From Eledone cirrhosa (taxonomy: Eukaryota): 64,000 nt of DNA. The stretch spans positions 59,644,001 to 59,708,000 of the forward strand of contig OZ024743.1 of assembly GCA_964016885.1 (NCBI GenBank). Direction: 5' to 3'. Under the pieces are notes generated by a model. The model made no database searches and was not told where the DNA came from. It worked only from the letters and a program-made list of their open reading frames with translations. Positions 56,953-64,000 of the stretch are shown here, in pieces. Every line of letters begins with the position of its first letter. Position 1 is the first letter of the stretch. A program made the position numbers and the translations under genes.

Positions 56953-59075
56953 TCCAGAGGGCTGAAATTCTCACCAACACCACAATACTTTAACCTCAAT
57001 GAGATAAATGACGATATCTCACACTTCTGTAGAAAATTAAGTCTCACAGAGGAATTTTTTGACAAGGAAAATAACGACCAATCAATTGTACGGAATAAAA
57101 GCAGCTACAACCCAACAAATGGTAGAAACAGAGTTCAGGACAAATTGTGTGACCACATAGCAACTTTTCCATACCAGGAACTACCGCAACCTAAACCCAA
57201 ACCCAACATGAGTCGAAGGGAATGGGAGATTATCCATGAACTAAAAAACAATACTGACATTATAATTAAGGAAGCGGACAAGGGAAGCACTGTCCTCATT
57301 ATGGATGCTGAAAAATATAAAAAATTCTATGTTCACTCTCTTACAAAATACTAATTACTATGAAAGAGTAAAAAACTACCAGCACTCAAATACGATGACC
57401 AGATTAAACACACTGATTTGTCGATACCAGGAAGACTTAACTAAAAAAAAACGCGATTATTTAACACATTTTGAATACAAAACCAGCAACCTTTACGGAC
57501 TTTCGAAGATTCACAAGAGAAAAATAATTAACGATGCCTGTATACAAACCACCTCAACCTGCGTGAACACACAAACCTTAAATTAAGACCAATTGTAGCG
57601 GGCCCACAATGTGAAACACACAGACTAAGCAAATTCATAGACCTACTACTAAAACCAATTCTCAAACACATACCAAGCCTTGTAAGAGACGATCAGGACC
57701 TCTTAAACCACCTACCCAAACATGTCAACAACGACCCTATTATTGTGTTTTTCGATGTAATGAATCTCTACACAACGATCCCACACCAATACGGACTAGA
57801 AGCAATAGGATTCTGGATAGAGAAATATCACGATGAGATACCTGACAGAATAGAAAAAAGCTTCATCACCGAGAGATTAACATTTATCTTACAGAACAAC
57901 TTTTTTGATTTCGATGGCAGTACTTACAGGCAAATATCGGGGACTGCGATGGGTACAAAAGCCGCTCCAACTTATGCCAATTTAGTCATTGGATATTTAG
58001 AAGTCCAGATATATGAACAGTCCAGATCAAAATACGGATTGAACTTCTACAAATATTTATCAGAGAATTGGAAACGCTACTTGGATGATTGTCTCATTCT
58101 TTGGTCCCACACACTCGACCAACTGAATAATTTCAAACATGTAATTACCGGCATAAATAACCTCAACCAATTCATAATGGAATACAGCCAAGATCAACTC
58201 CCATTTCTGGACATCTTAACCTTAAAAAAATACACAGATATTGAAACTGACATACACTACAAACCAACAGATTCCAAACAATACCTGCTATTCACGTCCA
58301 ACCATCCAAAGCACACAAAGACGAACATTCCTTTTAACCTAGCAAGAAGAATTTGCACAATTGTCTCCAATTATGAAACACGAAATAAAAGACTTCAAGA
58401 ATGAAATGAAATTCTACTCGAAAGACAGTACCCACCATTACTAATAAATAATGGAATAGAAAGGGCTAAAGCAATAGGCATTGATGAATTACGAAAACAT
58501 AAACAAATTCAAGGTACGTCCAATATTCTATTATATATCTCAACACACAACCCAAGAAATGCGGAAGCTTACAACACTATTCACAAGAACATCCCACTAT
58601 TGAAACAAGACCCAACAATGAAAAAAACCCTTGAAACAGACAAAATAATCACAAGCAAAAGACAACCGCAATCACTAAAAACATTACTCACAAATACCAA
58701 ATTACCTACCACAAACCCACAACCAACTGCACTCACCTCATTGAAGACAACACGTATACATTTCAATCAGGACAGAATTTTGCTCATCAAAAAATCTACT
58801 TTATGCCATTAGATGTAAAGGATGCAATGAAGATTATATAGGACAAACTAAACTCACACTCAGAAACAGAATGACAGTTCATCGCCAACAATTTCGAGAT
58901 CCAACCACGAGACAGATACGACTAAGTGCACATCTAGACATATGCGCAAGTAATAAGACACCCAAATTCCAAGTCTTCCCATTTTAACTTTGCGCTGACA
59001 ATACAACAGAACAAATACGAATAAATAAGGAAAATATGTTTATTCAAAAACATAGACCAGCATCAAATATAGTTT
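56946..59075 (+). pseudogene. PLE ORF (Neptune-like), several frameshifts/stops; element extends to ~60170
   Basis: IIKEADKG, YGLSKIHK, LRPIV, FDVMNLYTTIPH, GTAMGTKAAPTYANL, WKRYLDD, LPFLD, KPTDSKQYL..SNHP and CKGCNEDYIGQT..RMTVH. (AT)n at both ends. Degenerate hammerhead at 60001-60040 (GAAA-CCGG-TA). Clade name is tentative. Confidence 0.9.
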
Positions 59076-60162
59076 AATATACATTATGTCAACACCATAA
59101 AATGCTCACCATCCAAACAGACACATACATACACACACACATAACACCTACTTTAGAAAATAAAAAACAGAACTAAATAAACCTTAACATACGTTAATAC
59201 TCTAACAACTTAACATGCTAACCCCCCCCCCACACACACACACATATCTCCCTCCCATATGTCTACTAACGGTATCATTTTCCTACACACATACACACCC
59301 ACAATATATATATTCTCTCCATCTTAACATACTCACGCACACAAACACACATAACACCCATACACACACACACAACTCCCTCCCCCATTTCTACTAATAG
59401 AATCATCTTCCTACACACACACACACTCAAGCCCACAAATAAACATACATATCTCTACTTTCTTTATTTCAATAGAAAGTCTAAATTCTGACACCCCAGC
59501 GAACCAGCCATATTCACTGAACCAGAACAATTCTCCTCATCCCATTTCTCTTGACCATTATCTTTTGTTTGTCATAAAATTCTCTAAAAGGCTACAAAAT
59601 AAATTCCCAAATACGGGCGGCAAATTTAATGAACTTCTTCACGTGACAGTCATAATTTCATTTATAACCAATCAAATTACATTTATTAAAAAAAGCCTTC
59701 GTGAGCCACTTTTTTTAAGTAAAAATATATTCAAACAAACTGGCGCGAAAGCTGATGTGTTTATTCACGTGACTGCTTCAACAAACCAAACTTCACTCAT
59801 ATATGAAAAAAACAACCTGAACACCCCTCCCCCTATTGTTTGAAGAAATTTGTAACGCGAAATTTATTATACTTATTCACCAACCAATCAAATCACTTCT
59901 CTAAAAATTTGGCGTTTCGAGTCACTTCTTTCCATATAAAACAAGTAACATTCAAAGACCAACCAGATGTGAAGAAAACCACAGCCCCTCCATCACAACT
60001 CTACTTTTGAAAAGAAGAACTGCGAAACCGGTAAAGGAACTAAATAAATATATTTTAAAAAAAATAAGACTCCAATTGCATTTTCGAGTTTATCTGTTGT
60101 CCTCATACTTTCACTCGTGTAGGACACCTCGGTTATATTTCATTTTGTAAAGAAAACCTCAA

Positions 60163-60219
<57 letters not shown>

Positions 60220-60221
<2 letters not shown>

Positions 60222-62040
60222 AGGAAGTTATAGTTCACTTGAAGCATTGTGTAATGATGTATAAACTTTTGTATATGTATAATAAAGAATGCAAATGCAA
60301 AAGATATTGTTGACAATTAGTCTTTTACCTTAGATTTATTTAAATGTCCTTAATTTTGGAGATAATATCTCTTCTTTGGAGGGAAATAAAGCGGTTAAAC
60401 CAATGTACTAACTAGCTTGCCAATTCATGCTGACTCGAAATGGTATAGAGTATCTGTTCTATCTCCAATGTCAAAGAGTTAAAGTTAGGTGGATAAAGAG
60501 TAGTCTCCCTTTAAAAGGGGTTTTATTGCTCATGCATATTTAAGTGTGTGGGAGAAGGGATGAAGTTGTAAGTATGTGCGTGTGTGTGTGAGTGAGTGTG
60601 AGAAGATATGTCTATACGTAAATGTGGGGGATAGATGTTATCTCCTGTTAGAACTGGTATTTGTGTGTGAATGTGAGTGTGTGAGAGAGAATAAGTGGAG
60701 GTGTAAGCGCGTGTGTGTGTGCGTGTGTGGGAGGGGGTGTAAATATGGGGCTAGATGCTCTAGCAAGTTATAAATTGGGTGTTGAGTTCTAGTCTATTAT
60801 TGATTGGTGGTTGTGTTTTCTCTATAATTAGTGCTTCCTTAATTCTAAGATTGCCGCGGTTTCTTTCCCTAGTTTCTATCCTAACTGTTATGGTTTTTTC
60901 GGTGTTTTTGCATTTAACTAGGTCTTTCTTAAATGAGGAAACGTTAGTATTGAGGTGTTCTTTTATTCTTATGTGGAGTGGTCTGGTGGTGCTACCTATG
61001 TAGAAGTTGCTGCATTTGTCGCACTCTAGTCTGTATACGACGTAAGCCTGGTGGCATAGGTCTGTGTCGTTGATGGGGCAGTTGGCTAGCCTGCAGCGGT
61101 TGTCACGTCTGGTGGAGTGTCTTTTGGTTAGCTGGCCGCGTAGAGAAGGACCTGACTGGGCCAGTTGGATATCTAGTCCCCCTCGTCTCATAGCTCTGCG
61201 GATGGTTGTTGCTGTTTCGTCACTGAAGTGTCGGAGCGTCACGAAGCAAGTGTTAGTGCCTCAGGTGTGGGGTCATCTGTTCTTTCTGGCACGGTTCGTG
61301 GTGGACGTCGGCTATCCGTTCGGTTTGAGTACTTCCAGGAAATGTGTGGTGTGTGTGTCTCGGTCTCTAGCGTCGGTGGATTTGTTCCGGATACGTGTTA
61401 GTTCGTTCCTTAGAATTAAGCAATCTTAGAATTAAGGAAACACTAATTATAGATAAAACACAACCACCAATCAATAATAGACTAGAACTCAACACCCAAT
61501 TTATAACTTGATAGAGCATATAGCTCCATATATACACCCCCTCTTACACACACGCACACACGCTAACACCTCCACTTATTCTCTCTCACACACACACATT
61601 CACACACAAAGACCAGTTCTAACAGGAAATAACATCTATCCCCCACATTTACGTATAGACCTATCTTCTCACACACACACACACACACACATATTCACAA
61701 CTTCACGCATTCTCCCACACACTTAAACAGGCTTGTACAATAAAATCCCTTTTAAAGGGAGACTACTCTTTATCCATCTAACTTTAACTCTTTGAAATTA
61801 GAGATAGAACAGATACTCTATACCATTTCCTGTCAGCATGACGTGGCAAGCTATTTAGTACACTGGTTTAACCGCTTTACTTCCCTCCGAAGAAGAGATA
61901 TAATCTCGAAAGTTAAGGACATTTAAATAAATCTAAGGTAAAAGACTAATTGTCAACAATATTTTTTGCATTTGCAATCTTTATTCTATGTCCAGACCTG
62001 CATTGTTTTGGCTTTATTATACATATACAAACGTTTATAT
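60220..62040 (-). mobile_element. 5'-truncated PLE with ~600-bp inverted pseudo-LTR (60259-60853 / 61419-62040)
   Basis: 61419 onward is the reverse complement of the ORF end and 3' region. (AT)n on both flanks. This is the classic Penelope inverted-pLTR layout. Confidence 0.88.
60760..61420 (-). pseudogene. PLE GIY-YIG C-terminus (third PLE type)
   Basis: CRLANCPIND..LC..VVYRLECDKCSNFYIGSTTRPLHIRIKEH..KEALII..P.IN. Confidence 0.88.
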
Positions 62041-62052
62041 ATAATATATATA

Positions 62053-62138
<86 letters not shown>

Positions 62139-63059
62139 TATAATCAAAAAGTGAAAAATGCAACATATTGCGGCGAGAGTGGTGTTTGTGTACGTAAGTG
62201 TGAGGATATGGTTCTGTATTCTGTATTCATATACATTTGCAATTTCGCTATTTTGGTTAAATAATGTTTTTTGCTGTCATTTGTAAAAAGAAAAAAAAAT
62301 AGTGGGATATATCCTCCGTATTCTCGTAAGACGTCAAGCAAGTCATTGCGTCTGAAAATCTCAAAGAATACAGTTTCACTATTTTCTACAATTTTGTCAG
62401 AATTCTGTCTGTTTTATTTGTTCGCAATTAATTCCTTAGAGTAATGTCAGAATTTACGATCGTCTTATAGTATAGAAATAATGAAGTGAAAGTCACATTT
62501 TCAAAGATGTCAGAACGACGTCGTATATAATTTCCCCTTTTTTTTCAGATTTTAAAGGAGCAATATATGTCATGTATGAAATACTTATGATTTACGCATA
62601 CATTCTATGTAACTTTTCTACATTTTAAACCAATATTTATTTATTGTTTAAATTCTTCATACTTCCACGACGTAGGATTCATATCAAGCAAATTTGTTTT
62701 ATATTCATTATCTTCTCTAATAGTTCTTTGGATTGGAGGAAAAACTTAAAGCTTAGAAAAAATATTGTATATCCACAGTTCAAATCCAACGTAACGTCAA
62801 TGTTTGAGCACAACTTTTCATATGTGTTATTATGCGGCCTCTCTCCTACACATGAATACATACATCCATATCATAGTAGAATTTAATAATAATGATTTCT
62901 TTATTTTAATAATAATGCAATGCACTGTGTAAAGAAATGGGAAACTGTCATATAACCACATGCTTCGAAGATACGTAAAGAAGAAGAAAAATAGTAGTAA
63001 ATAAAGAGACGAAAATAGACGTTAAGCTCATTTTCTATATAACTATTAATAATGATTTC

Positions 63060-63741
63060 ATTTATTGGCCAAAAGGGCCGACATATAGGGGACAATACAA
63101 AAGACTGGGACAGTGGGGTTTTACAGAAGAATCGAGTAAACAATATGAATAAACAAAGTAACAATAACAAAGTAACAATAAAGTAACAAGAAAATTACAA
63201 GAAAAAATTCCCCAATAGGGGGAATGACCACCTAGGTTTCGCTCAGGTACCCCCACCAGTCCTGAACGACCCGACGTTTCGAGAGCACCCTGGAAAGTCA
63301 CCCCTCTCCTCTTCAAATTTACCTACCTACAGCCGCATGATCAGAATAGGCCCACTCACACGGGCCATTCTCGCCACATTCACCCACCTTTCAGCAAATG
63401 TACTGGGGGGCAGCACTTCTCTCGCCACACTCACCTTCCTTTCCAAGTGAAACTTGAAAAAGTTGATGAGGGATTGGCCGAAGAGAAAAGTGTCTGTCTT
63501 CAGTCCTTTCAACCTCGTCCACCATACAACCTCTTTCGCTACTGCCACCAGACAGAGGAAAATTGCCTGCCCTTCCTGGCCAAAAGAAGGCGGCGGGTCG
63601 ATCTTCACCGTTTAGGCAGAATATCTGGAGATGCCGCAGCCTCAGCGCGTGCCTGCGCATCATTAGCCACGGCATGCCCAGCCCTCCACGTAGAGGGTGC
63701 TGGCAGCAGATGGACCGCCTCACCATCGGAAACTGACCCCT
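63060..63741 (-). mobile_element. Second, internally deleted fragment of the L1/Tx1-like family at 52564
   Basis: RRSICCQHPLRGGLGMPWL..ALRLRHL joined to PPPSFGQEGQAIFLCLVAVAKEVVWWTRLKGL, which matches the 52807-53361 ORF. Confidence 0.75.
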
Positions 63742-63780
63742 ATATATAACTACTAATAATGCTGTTGCTGCTGCTACTGT

Positions 63781-63812
<32 letters not shown>

Positions 63813-64000
63813 TAAGCTCCACCCCCACCATCACCATTTCTACCAAGACCCTATGTCAAAATAATCGACGCCTTCCTTCACCAATATTGCTGGATTTGTG
63901 TCTAAAGTAATTTGTGTAACTACAAGGATATTTAGCTACAATTTTTACTGATTTCATGTCATTCGGATTTTATCAATGAAGAAAATAAAATGATATTTTG

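Noticed and set aside
58402-58410. TGA stops within the PLE ORF as possible selenocysteine recoding
   Set aside because: The copy has multiple frameshifts and the TGA is not at a Cys position, so decay explains it.

Overview
AT-rich, essentially gene-free eukaryotic DNA, most likely invertebrate. The SINE and RTE families resemble cephalopod (Octopus-like) ones, but the taxon is an inference. No intact host gene can be supported, and most listed ORFs are microsatellite artefacts. The window is mostly transposon remains. It holds at least six Penelope-like element (PLE; RT + C-terminal GIY-YIG) copies or fragments. A pile-up of R4/Dong-type RLE LINEs and an L1/Tx1-like fragment sits in (TAA)n tracts at 43.8-56.5 kb. 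There are also two decayed RTE-like LINEs, tRNA-derived SINEs, a TA-flanked MITE and a non-autonomous Helitron. The most interesting layer is non-coding. About 15 short, mostly unrelated inserts sit inside (AT)n microsatellites, built as palindromes, inverted arms and/or tandem units. Many carry minimal type-I hammerhead ribozyme motifs read by eye, and many share a (G/A)T(C/T)GAGT(G/A)C motif about 45-60 nt before the (AT)n junction. One has the same tandem-plus-inverted architecture but carries tRNA-like Pol III boxes instead. Together they suggest an (AT)n-targeted PLE ecosystem with retrozyme-like and SINE-like non-autonomous members. All structures were read manually and boundaries of decayed elements are approximate.
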